A stretch of DNA of 64,000 nucleotides from Sminthopsis crassicaudata (Eukaryota), in assembly GCF_048593235.1 (NCBI RefSeq), contig NC_133619.1, positions 75,034,454 through 75,098,453 on the forward strand, given 5' to 3'. Positions 13,560 to 25,377 of this stretch are shown in pieces; position 1 is the stretch's first letter, and each line of letters begins with the position of its first letter. A program made the translations under genes and the position numbers. Under the pieces are notes generated by a model. The model was given only the letters and a program-made list of their open reading frames with translations. It was not told the origin of the DNA and made no database searches.

Positions 13560-14790
13560 TATCAAGATGGATACATGACCTAGCTATAAAGGGAAATATT
13601 ATAAGAAAATATGAAGAACATGGAACATGCTACTTTTTAGACTAATAAATAGGTGAATAATTTATGAATAAACAATATATAGAGAGCATTATGAAAGGTA
13701 AAGTGGATAATTTAAAAATTAAGTTGAAAAAGGTTTGTGCAATAAAACTAATGTGGCCAAGATGGGGAGGAAAGCAGAAAATTGGAGAAAAATTTTATAC
13801 ACAGTTTCTCAGATAAAGGTCTCATGTCCCAGATATATAAATAACTGTCAAATCTATAAGAATATGAGTCATTCCCTAATTTATAAATGGTCAAAGATTA
13901 TAAACAGGCAGTTTTCTGATGAGAAAATTAAAACGATTTATTTCAAAGCAATTGTAAAAAAAAGTTATAAATCATTATTGATTAGAGAAATGCAAATTAA
14001 AATCACCTCAAGATAATTTTATAACTATGTTTTTTATACCTATCTTGAGATATCATTTTATACCTATTGGATAAAATGATAGAAAGAAAAAGTGACAAAT
14101 ATTGGAGAGGATGTGGGAAACTTGGGAAATAATTCACTGTTAGTGAAACTGTGAACTGGTCCAACCACTTTGGAGAGTAATTTGGAATTATGCCCAGAGT
14201 TATAAAACTGCTTATACCTTTTGACCCAGCAATACTACTACTAGATCTGTTTTTCAAAATGATTAGGGAAAAAGGAAAACGTTCTAAAATATTTATAGCA
14301 GCTCTGTTTTTGGTGGCAAAGAACTGGAAATTGCAGGGATGTCCATTAATTAAGGAATGGCTAAACAAGTTGTTGTATATAATCATAATGCAATACTTCT
14401 GTGTTACAAGAAATAATGAACTCAGTGATCTTAGAAAAATATGAATAGATTTTCACAGAATCATGAAGAACAAAATAAGCATAACCAATAGAACATTGCA
14501 TATAGTAACAGCAATATTATTTTAAGAAGAACATTCAGTTCTTCTGAATCAAGTCGTTTTGACAATTATAAATATCCAAATTAACTATAAAGGACCTATG
14601 AAGGTACATACTATCTGCAGCCAGAAAAAGAACTGATAAATAGAGGTATGTTTCGTATGTGTGTGTGTGTGTGTGTGTCTAATGGTAGATCTAGGGTGGG
14701 GTAAGGATGGAATAAAAGAAAGTTACTTGATAACTTTATATTTAAAAAGAAAGAAAGATATACACAATAGGTTTGTAGTTTCATGTGCAA
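13560..14790 (+). mobile_element. Degenerate L1 ORF2 C-terminus plus 3'UTR
   Basis: ORFs 13735-14016 and 14190-14444 give L1 ORF2-like peptides (KTNVAKMGRKAENWRKI; IPFDPAILLL..IFIAALFLVAKNWK..CP..EWLNKL). Confidence 0.9.
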
Positions 14791-15038
14791 ATTTAAAAAA
14801 AAAACTTACAGTAATTAATTCAAAGGAGTAAAACTTAAACTATTCATGGAGCTTCTTATTAGTGTAATTGCAAAAGCCAATGCATGAAAAAGGAAGAATA
14901 ATCCTCATCCTCAAGCTTGAGTAACACTCCATTATGACCAAAACAGAGACAGAAAAGCTATATTAAAATGAATCAATGCTATATCCTTCCTGATTATCCT
15001 TTCCATACCATGGCTAAGTAATTTTTTTTTATTTCTAG

Positions 15039-15056
15039 GTGGCCCATAATCACTAG
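15039..15056 (+). CDS. C2orf80: Candidate C2orf80 terminal coding exon (VAHNH*)
   Basis: Strong acceptor (ttttttttttatttctag|GTG), phase 0. The short V-start tail resembles the human C-terminus (...KHK-VT), and it lies about 2.3 kb before the first CRYG gene. An alternative exon exists at 9616-9714. Confidence 0.4.
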   Translation: MAHNH

Positions 15057-17230
15057 ATGGTCTCTCCTTATTTCAAATCTAAACCACCAGATAAATCTGA
15101 GTCAGGCCCAACTTATAACAATGAAACATTTCAGATTAGAATTCTATTAGATTTTAAGATCCTTGAGGGCTGAACTTGGTCTTCACCTTTATAGCCCCAG
15201 TACTTTGCAGGGTTGAATTGCTGGATTGTTAAATTCATAACATGAATATAATTAACTGAGTGCTGTAACTGAAGGTTTAATCATTGTAAGAGGTTGCCTA
15301 TATAATACATTTTAATTAATATATTAATGAGAATTTTTTCCTCATTTTTATTTTATGAAACAAGAATGACTTTACATGAATAATGATGTCTTAAGGCAAT
15401 GTATATTTTACATTGGCAAGTAATGCCATCTAAAAGGAAGTGAGACTGACTGAGTTTGTCCAGTCAATAAGCATTTATTAAGTTCCTATGATGAGCCCGA
15501 TATATTAGAAAAAGAACATTTGAGAGCAGATCTACTTAGATAATTCAATTTTTAAAAACTTGCTTTTTGTAAAAAAAAATCTATTGCTTTATGTATGACA
15601 GGATAGCAGGAAGAGAATTGAATTATGAAGGATAACTGTCAAAATAGATCAAATATTAATAGTCATAACAAGTATCATTTATATATCATTTTAAGGTTTA
15701 CAAAACACTTTACAAATATTAACTCATTTGATGCTCACAACAATCCTAGGAAGTAGACATTATTAGCCCTTATTTTATAGATAAAGAAATTAAAGCATAC
15801 AGAAGTTGTACCAATAGCATTATTTAGATATATACAGCTAATACATATTTGAAGCCAAATTTGAACTCAGATTTTCCTCATACCTACCCAGAGTTCCATC
15901 CTCTGGGCCACACAGCTGCTTACCAAAGAGTTGTTATGCAAACTTTAAACTTACCCTTTCCCTCATGATATATAGCTATAGCTATAGAAACTGCTGAGGC
16001 TGAACTATGTCTGCATAGGTAATACTAATATATTATAGCTAATGCTATAGCTAATAATCTCCTTCCTCCTCCCTAACTCATTTTATATTTATTTTTTCAT
16101 TAGCTTAACTATGTACATGTTGTTTTTGATTAAAATGAGCCAGTGTCTTGAAGTCAGGGACTATTTATTTCATTTTGGGGTTTATATCTCTAATGCCCAA
16201 CATATTATGGGTGTTTAATAAATGCTTGTTAAATCAACAAATGAATAGATGAATTTCCATTACCTATATAGACAAATTCAAACTAGAACTTCAATTAGGA
16301 TATTGGATAAAATGATAAATTATTTTTTAAAGGTGATATTGAATAGATAGAATGGACTACTAGACATATATTCAGGAAGATATATCCTGCCTTAGATACT
16401 TATATTTAATGCTGATTATGTCATAATTTCTCAATGCCTCAGTTTCTTAATGTATATAGTAAGTGGGGTTAGACTTGATGCTCTCTCATCTTTGGAACCT
16501 CTAGATATTTGAAAGTATAAGTTTGTTTGGGGAATAAAAGATTCAAATTCATGATTTTGTTGTAGTGGGGGAGGGTGGCCACTCCTTCTATCAAAGCAGG
16601 TTATATTATAATTTATGATTTTAGAGAGTTGCCTGGCAGAATTTGAACCTAATTCCTCCTTTCTTCTATCTACTATATCAAGTTCCCTTCCTAAAGTCCA
16701 AAAAATCCTACTCAAAATTTAAACTACACAATTCATTCTCCTCCTTGCATTTTATCTCCCTTTGTGGTCTTACTAATTCATGTTACATATCTCCTATATG
16801 CTTAGGCGACACTTTCCGGGTTCTCCAGATCACACAACTTTAGCATAGGAATCACAATGGAGTTTTCCAAATTCAGGAGTTAACTCACTGGGATTCCCTA
16901 TCATCTGTCAACCCTCCAATTATTTAGGAATATGTCCATTCACGTGCTTTTGCTCCTGACTCAGCCTCAATGCAGACATAGCTCAGCCTCAGCAGTTTCT
17001 ATAGGGACAGAACTCAAAATGAAGTCAATTCACTCATGAAAACATGGGTTTCTATATGGCTGCATAGGATGAGAAGCTGGTCTATTGTGCCTAACACCAT
17101 AATGGCTCTGCTGACTTCAATAGCTTTCACGGGGAGAGCAAGGACAACTCGAAAGTACCAGAGAAAGCAAGAGGGAATTGTCCAATGAACCCCCTGCCCT
17201 GATACTAGAAGGAAAAAAAAAAGAAAACAT

Positions 17231-17308
17231 GAAAATCCCCTCCCTATCCACACTGGGCCTCTTTTGTGTTGTTCTTGCCGATGCAGCAACAGACCCGCTC
17301 TATATATA
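17231..17308 (+). promoter_or_regulatory. Gamma-crystallin proximal promoter, gene 1
   Basis: AAAATCCCC box, SOX site CTTTTGT (17261-17267), MARE-like TGCCGATGCAGCA (17276-17288), TATATATA (17301-17308). Confidence 0.88.
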
Positions 17309-17357
17309 CAAGCGGTCACCACTGTTACACAGAGCTCTGCATCCTAGCCAGCTAAAC

Positions 17358-20034
17358 ATGGGAAAGGTGAGAAAAGCGGGAGGATGTCATAAAGTTGTTC
17401 TTAAATGAAGACAACAATTCCCAAGAGAATGTTCAATAACCTCCTTGATGTTCATTTGTAGATCATCTTCTTTGAGGACCGGGGTTTCCAGGGCCGCTGC
17501 TATGAATGTAGCAGTGACCATGCTAACCTGCAGTCTTACTTCAGCCGCTGCAACTCCATCCGGGTGGACAGTGGCTGCTGGATGATTTATGAGCGCTCCA
17601 ATTATTCTGGGCACCAGTACTACCTGAGAAGAGGAGAGTATCCAGACTACCAGGAATGGATGGGCTTCAATGACTCTATTAGGTCCTGCCGAGCAATCCC
17701 TTATGTGAGTTTCATTTTATGTTGGGTTAATATCATTAGTCAAGGGTTCATATTTTGATATCTCTTTATTCAAATTTAGAGAAAAATAAGGAGTTATAGG
17801 GGATTATAACTGTAGTGAGAATATTTGGGATTATTGATTTAGTGCTGACAAGCTTTGGAGAGCATTGAACCTGTCCCCTCCTCATTTGAAAAAGAGGAAA
17901 ACTGAGTCTCGTAGAGATTAAATGAATTGCTTGAGGTCCTTGAGTATTTGAAAAAGAAAACTATGATAACTAAGTAAATACTGATATTTTTAAGCTAAAT
18001 ATATAAATATTCTATTATGATACTTCTTATTTCAAATGCTCAAAAGATTATGGTTTCAGTGGTGTGGGTGCTTCCTCCATAACTGCATTATATACTCCAT
18101 CATGTCTTAGTTTCATGTTACTACTATGATAAAAAAGGAAGTCATCTGGTATTCAACCTTCCTGACCTTGATGCTGATCTTGATAGCTTCTCGGGTCTCT
18201 GCTCAAAGTCTCTGTAGCTCAGAATGTCTGTGGAAGTTTGGGTGCTGCTAGCAGAGCCTTTTAGTACCCAATATGAGCTTCATATCAAGCTAGAGCTGGA
18301 CATCTCAGAGGCCTCCTCATTTTGCTGATGAAGAGACAGAGTTCAGAAAAGATAAGTGGCTAGAAAACATTAGAAGCTCACGCAATGACAAAATTTAGTG
18401 TTAAACTTAGAGGCCTCTAGAAGGCATCTGAGTGACAGGTGAAGTTCATTATGGTTTGGTGAAAAAGTTATGCTAGATTCATCTAATTTCCATTTGTGAT
18501 AGAGAAATAAAACCAGGGTTTCAGATGAAGTAGCAGAAATGCAAGAGGTCTGGACTTTAGTGGATTATTCTGTAAAGAGTTTATTTTAAAGATGTAGTTA
18601 TTAAGGATTGTGTCAGCCTGGAGAAAAATCTATTTTTATTTGGAGTTCCACAGAGTTTGAGCCTCACCCTAGTGTTACTTTAAAAACATTTTTTTTTTGA
18701 TGAGAATAAGCTTATGCTCATTATATTTGCTGATTATATGGAAGGTATCAACAGACTAGAGAAATAAATTAAAATTCAAGTCAGAAAATGGGCTAATATA
18801 AATAGGTGAAAGTTGACTAGAGAAAAATATAAATAATTCATTTGGATAGGAAAGATAAATACCATGAATTTTAATGTAAAAAAAATAGGATGTAAGAAGT
18901 CTAGCAGATCCCTTGTAAGAGATAGTGACAAGACTGGTGATTTTTGTGATGCAGGGAGTTTCCACGAGGAACGGCCTTTTTTAATATAGGTTGTCATTTC
19001 TGCAAGAGAGAGTTTCCCAGAACACTGAGAAATTAAATGACTAGCCCAAAATCACATGACCTTCCTGGCTTTGAGGCTTGCTTGCTATCTGTTACACTGC
19101 ATTGCCTGTTACATAGAAAAGACTTAATAAACATTAAATTGAATCAAGGGAACTGTGGGTTATAACCCTCAGCATATGTAGTTACAGCAGGCAATACTGC
19201 AAAAAGAGAAGCATTTAGCCCAGGCATTTCATGGGTTGTTTTTGTATTTTTGTGGGGTTTTTTTTTGGGGGGGGGGGGTGTTTTTGTTTTTGTTATATCA
19301 AGAAAAGCTTTTAAGACAGAGGTCTTCTGAGTGATCATGGTTCCTAATCAGACAGATTGCTATTGTTCAGTCATGTCTGACTCTTCATAACCCCATTTGG
19401 GGCAAATATACTGGAGAGGTTTGCCATTTCCTTCTCCAGGTCATTTTACAAATGAGGAAACTGAGGCAAACCAGAATTTAGTGATTTGCCCAGGATCACA
19501 CAGCTACTAATCTAAGGCCGGATTTGAAGTCAGGTTTTCCTGATTCCAGGCCCTGTATTCTCTCCACTGCCATCTTTAATGCTAGCTTCAGGCAAAACAA
19601 CATTATAATGTGAAGGGAAGCAAAATTTCAGAGAGCAAAAAAGATAATGTATTTAGATAATGTGCAGGCAGGCACAAGCTAATCATGTGCCTCCTTCCTG
19701 AATCAAGACTACACTTTTCAATTTATTTCTCATCTTCTCTTACTGTTTTCCCCTTCAACAGACTGGCTCCCACAGGATGAGGTTGTATGAGAGAGAAGAC
19801 TACAAAGGTCAAATGATGGAGCTCACTGATGACTGCTCTTGTGTCCATGATCGCTTCCATATGAATGAAATATACTCTCTTAATGTCTTGGATGGCTGCT
19901 GGGTCCTGTATGAGATGCCCAACTATAGAGGAAGGCAGTTCCTGTTGAGACCTGGCGAGTATAGGAGATACTTGGATTGGGGAGCCATGAACGCCAAAGT
20001 GGGCTCTCTGAGAAGAGTCATAGATATGTACTAA
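17358..20034 (+). CDS. CRYGA: Gamma-crystallin gene 1 (174 aa; CRYGA position, C-like exon 3). Exons 17358-17366, 17462-17704, 19762-20034
   Basis: MGK exon, 243-nt exon 2 ([16 protein letters not shown]...SCRAIPY) and exon 3 ([12 protein letters not shown]...RRVIDMY*). GT-AG sites, no stops. The family call is certain; the symbol is positional. Confidence 0.9.
19358..19588 (-). mobile_element. Mar1-type CORE SINE with RTE-like tail in gene 1 intron 2
   Basis: ttgttcagtcatgtctgactc..tactggagaggtttgccatttccttctcc..gaggaaactgaggca. Confidence 0.8.
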
Positions 20035-20068
20035 ATCAACTTGTCTCTTGTTAGCACTGATATAAAAA

Positions 20069-20074
20069 AATAAA
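20069..20074 (+). terminator. Polyadenylation signal, gene 1
   Basis: AATAAA about 35 nt after the stop codon. Confidence 0.8.
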
Positions 20075-21339
20075 TGTGTAGATTGTATTACTGGCACTAC
20101 TTGACTTTTGTCCTTTTGTTAATGGCATTATTTCATGGATCTCCAAGGGGGAAAATTATCACCCAGAAGGCAATTCCTTTGGTAATGAATTCAGGTAGTG
20201 TTATTCTTGATCTTCAGATACAAGCTCTGCAGGATCATACATGAAGCATCACCAGCTTCAAGAGTCTCCTAGAACTCTCAATTCATTAGCATAGACATCA
20301 AGACTTTATGGTCTTCTCAATATCACAACAAGCCATTAGAATAGAACTTTTGTGGACTGCATAAGTCCAGATAAATGGAAAATTCACTGGTCTGCAACCA
20401 TAAGATAACATAGCTGTGAAAGACATTTATTATAGATCTTATTTTATTGTATATTATACATGGTGGGCAACAGTGTTGATTGGGCACTCACAACATACAA
20501 ACTGTTGTACTAAGCCACAAGCAAAAGAAGGGACAGGGGAGGAAGGAGAAGATAAAGTCTGCATCTTTAGGAAAAAAATAGACTTTAATAGAAGAAGAGA
20601 AGATAAATATGATAATTTATGTTCCCATAGCACTTCAAGATTTGCAAAGTGCTACCTGGGAGGTAGGCAGTAGAAGTATTATTATCTTCATTTTATAGAA
20701 GAGGAGAGTGAGGCACTGAGAAGTTGTGACTTGCTCATGACCACAAAACTAGTGTTTTTATAAAGTATGACTCAAATGCTAATTTCCTATCTCCAAACCC
20801 AGGGTTCTAGACACTACACCAGCTGTACGTCATACAAATGAAAATATTAAGGAAACATATACTTTACTAAAACAATAAAAACAGCTATATAACTAATCAT
20901 AACTAAAATATACTAATGAGTGATCAGAATCCCATGAGATCCAAAGTTTCATGAAATATGGAAGCATTAAAAAACAACAATGACTTTTAACATCAAACCC
21001 AAGTTAGTAAAATGTCACAATACACTTTATTCAACATCATAATCAGTCAGCTTTAGATTACTCCAGGACCCCTCATGATAAAAGGTTAGATTCCATTTTG
21101 TTAAATTGTACACTACACTTTTCTGAAAAAAAAAAATTAGTAACATTTTCTTTTAACTTGGTGTTCCTTGTATCCTTAACACAAGTAATAGTAGTTGCTT
21201 AATAAATGTTTATTGGATTGGATGGATTGGATTTTTCATCCCTTCTCTTTGTACTTATGTAACATTCGCTTTCAATTTTTATGGATATTGTTCCTTCCAT
21301 TTAAGTTGTTTTAGATATTATATATTTTGTTTTCTTGGT

Positions 21340-21900
21340 TCTACTTACTTCATTCTGTTAATGTATTTCTTTTCATGCTTCTTTGTATTCATCATATTCA
21401 TTATTTCTTAGAGCATAATAACATCCCATTATACTCATGTAACACAATTTGTTTAGTTATCCAAATCAATAGGAATCTATTTTATTTCTAGTTCTTTGCT
21501 ACCACAAAAAGTATTACTATAAATATTTTGGTAAATTCTACCAGGTATGTATCCCAAAAGAGATTTTAAAAAACAAAAAGAAAAAAGACCAAATGTACCA
21601 AAACTACTTATAGTAGCTCTTTTTTGGAGGCAAAGAATTAGAAATTATAGGAATGCCTATCTACTGGGAATGGCTATATAAACTGTGATATGTGATTGTG
21701 ATGGAATACTATTGTGCTATAAGAAATCATGAGCAGGATGCTCTCAGAAAAATCAGGAAAGACTTCCATAAATTGTTATAAAGTGACATGTACTGTATAC
21801 AAAGGAATAGCAAGGTGATCAGTTGTGAATGAGATTATTGTTGTCAGCAATATAATGATCTAAGACAACTGTGAGGGATTCATGATGAAAAATACTACAC
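21340..21900. mobile_element. Two old L1 ORF2-end fragments in opposite orientation (antisense about 21340-21531, sense about 21535-21900)
   Basis: The same L1 motif (tttgtggtagcaaagaa..gaaat) occurs on both strands. Confidence 0.65.
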
Positions 21901-22779
21901 ATATCCAATACAAATTGAAGCATGCTTTTCCCCCTTTATTTAATAATAAATATTTATCTTATAAATATTTTCTTTAATAATAAATAAAGAATAAAATTCT
22001 TTGTTTTTCTTGAGGGGTTTTTTGGTATAAGTTTGTTTTTTTTTTTAACAGCATGAATAATGTAAATGTTTTGCACTACACATATATAACCTATATTCAG
22101 TTGCTTGCATCTTCCTTGTGGAGAGAGAGAGAAGAGGGAGTGAATCTGGAACTTAAAATTTTAGAAAGGAATATCAATGTTTTTTTGCATATAACTGTAG
22201 AAACTTTCTTCTATAAATGACTTTTTTTGTAGCATATACCTATTATGTAAGCTACTCTTAATGACTCTAGGTTTCTCCCTGAATCAAAAGCCTGAATTCT
22301 TGGTATGAATTTTTTTCCAGTAATGCTATTATTTTTGATAATACCATTTTACTCTCTTTGAGTCATGGAATACTACAGTCTATGAATAAAGTCGTGGGTC
22401 ACCCAAAAGACAATGGAAAAAAATATGGTGGGCTTGAGTAGGGTACACACTCCTCTCTTATTACTCTTTTCTTTATAGACAGGGGGAAAGAATTTAGTTG
22501 AAGGAAATGTACAAAATTAACAATAAATGCTATGTATGTCAATGAGATAAACTTAACCATGAAATAAAAGAAGACTGTAAAAATAAACTAGAAAGCAGAT
22601 CAACCATATGTTGAATAATCCTTGAGCACCCCACATATTTCAGTTGTATTCACATATTGTCAAAAAATCTATTAGAAGGTACAGCACACATTGGATGAGC
22701 TTCCTTTAGAAGATTTAAAAGAGGACAAGGAGAAGAATTATATTGTATAAGTTTCTTGATGTCTTGTGAAGTCAGTAAT

Positions 22780-23700
22780 TTTTATTTGTTCTGTTATTAT
22801 CTTCAGGGAATTTATTTCTTAGGTCATGTTTTGTTCCTCTTGTTCTAAGCTATTAATTCTCTACCCAATCATCTTCCATTGATGTTATTTCTCATTTTTT
22901 CCCTATAGTATTCTCATTTAATTCTAAAAATATTTTAAATTTGCTTACACTTTTGCTTTATCTCTTCCAAGAATTCTAGTTGAACTTGTGTCCAAGCCAC
23001 CATTTTTTTTCATTGAAGCTTGGTTGGTAGAAGTTTAAAAGTCATTCTCTTCAGGTTTGTGTCTTGAGTGTCCCCATCATCAGCTCTGTATGATCAAGTT
23101 CTTTTCTTGTTTGACCATACTTCCTATCTACTTCCTGACTTGGACTTTCAATAATGTTCTAGGTTTTCAGCCACACAGCTGCTGCTTACTCGTGAACTTT
23201 ATCCTCCTCAGTATAGATCTCCAAACCACTCCTCATCCTAAAACACCAGCCAAAGTATAAGTTTCCCCCTCAGTCCATGTTTCTGGAACTGGGTAATGAG
23301 TGATTGAACTACCAGTTGACATCTCTTCCTGTAGCTTGCACAAAGTTGAGCTGATTCATGTGGAACTTCTTCTTGCCCTGGCTCATAGCCTTGGTTCTTT
23401 TTTGGTTCCTACTTTGGAATATACTTTGTGATATGTGCCTTGCTAGACATGGTTATTGTCCCAGCCTACTGTATTCTGTCTCCCTATGCTTACCTGAACC
23501 AGAAAAATGACTGCTTCTGAGTTTTCTTGGATTTCTCAGTCAGTACTTTGTACATCTAGTGCATTTGCTAGCTCTTTATAGAAGAGTTGTAGTGGAGAAT
23601 GTGGTTCCACTTCTTCCCTGCTATTCTGCCATATTGACTCAGTCCTTAGACACATACATCTTTTGGGCAGGGCCAACATGGGAATTTGTTTTGCTTAGAT
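22780..23700 (-). mobile_element. Old antisense L1 5'/ORF1-region fragment
   Basis: T-rich antisense composition typical of L1 ORF1/5' region. Heavily decayed. Confidence 0.45.
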
Positions 23701-24385
23701 TTTACAAGTGTTTTAAAATTTTTTACTCTTATGAAGGAAAGGTGGGAAGGAGAGAGAATAAATTTTTTCCACTAAAAATAAAATAAATAATTTTAGTTAA
23801 TTTAACCTTTTTACATATATTTCTACACACTCTTAACAAATAATAAAATATTATTTAAAACTAAGAAGGGGGGAAGTTGTATTTTATTTTATCAAGCTGG
23901 ACATGACATAAGGTAAAGAAAAATTTTGTCCTTTTTTTTATCCTATCCAATTTTATCCTTTTAATTACATATAGTAATGTTTAAAGGTGTAACAAGAAAA
24001 CTGTATTAGAGATCAATGTACAAAGAATGCTGAATGTGTAGTCAAAGACCTGGATTTAAATCCCAGCTCTACTATTTACTACCTATATCAGTTCATCTCT
24101 CTGGATAATAGTTCCATCTGGAAAATGTCAAAGGTCATTTCCAGTTCTAAATCTAGATTCTGTAATAATTATCTTATGGAAAATGTTTCTGACTCAAGGC
24201 TAAATATTGGCTGTTAATATAACTAGTAAATACTGATGATTTTGCCTTGGAAAATCTATCATGAGTAGATGAATTAAGAACCAGAAATTACTTTAATTGT
24301 TAACCAAAACACTCAGTCTAACAACCACATGAATGAAACTATAGTTGTATACTAGCCTGCAATCAATCATCTAGTATTTATTGGA

Positions 24386-24598
24386 TGGCAGTTAGCTGGC
24401 ACAGTGGATAGATTGCTGGGCCTGGAGTGGGAAGACTTATTTTCCTGAGTGCAAATGTGGCCTAGGACACTTAACCCTATTTGTCTCAGTTTCCTCTTCT
24501 GTAAAATGAGTTGGAAAAGGAAATGGCAAACTACTCCAGCATCTTTGCCAAGAAAACCCTGAAGGAGGCAGAAAAGACTGAAATGATTGATCAAAAAA
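24386..24598 (+). mobile_element. Mar1-type SINE with RTE tail
   Basis: ggcagttagctggcacagtggatag..ggaaaaggaaatggcaaactactccagcatctttgccaagaaaaccc. Confidence 0.8.
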
Positions 24599-25319
24599 TT
24601 TAGTGAAGAGTTATTATGAATAAGGGCAGAAAATACAAAATAGAATAAGACAGAAGTGGTCTTCATTCTAGTTAGATAAGATCCACACATAAAACAAGGA
24701 GGCTCTGAGAACAAGTCAAAATGGTATAAGTAAAGCATGAATATAGATTGTAGGAGTTACCAGAGTTCAATCCTACACACTGCTCTCCAAACTATCATGG
24801 GTTCCTGCTGCTTCAGCAGGACTATTGTAAACGATTAACCAAAGATGCTGAAAATCACAAGACCAGCCCAACATTTGAGAGATTTGCTGACAATGAGGAC
24901 AATACTAGGACTTTGGAACAGTGTAGAGGAACAGTTTGTGGTAGTGTGTTTTAAGCATTCTTAAGTTAAAGAAATCTTCCTCTTAAACAAAACTTGACTG
25001 GAAATTCTGCAGTAGTATTCCTTTTTTCATTGATTCACCTGTGACGTGAGGGACCCAGTCACTCTTAACAGAATTTTTATTTAGTTTACTGCCCCCACCT
25101 AGGAAACCAGGAAAAGACAACTTTTTCATTGTATTCTCTTTATACGCAGGTAGATTTCTTATTTGTATTCACACCATTTACAATATTATAGAATAAAGTT
25201 TTATGAAAAACTGATGACAAAACAGAAATCATAAAATGTATACTTGCCTGTACCAAAAAAGCAGATATCCATAATAATTACTTAAGGGTCTAGATATGAA
25301 AATACCTCTAATTGAAGAC

Positions 25320-25326
<7 letters not shown>

Positions 25327-25375
<49 letters not shown>
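25327..25375. repeat. (AC)24 microsatellite
   Basis: Direct reading. Confidence 0.95.

Positions 25376-25377
<2 letters not shown>

Noticed and set aside
14007-14049. 9-bp inverted repeat ctcaagata...tatcttgag inside L1
   Set aside because: Explained by a small local duplication in decayed L1; too short to interpret.
13735-14444. ORFs of 84-127 aa
   Set aside because: Fragments or antisense of a decayed L1 ORF2, not host genes.
17387-20097. Minus-strand ORFs over crystallin exons (also 38365-38589, 48947-49216, 50389-50607, 62147-62566)
   Set aside because: Antisense shadows of the GC-richer coding exons.
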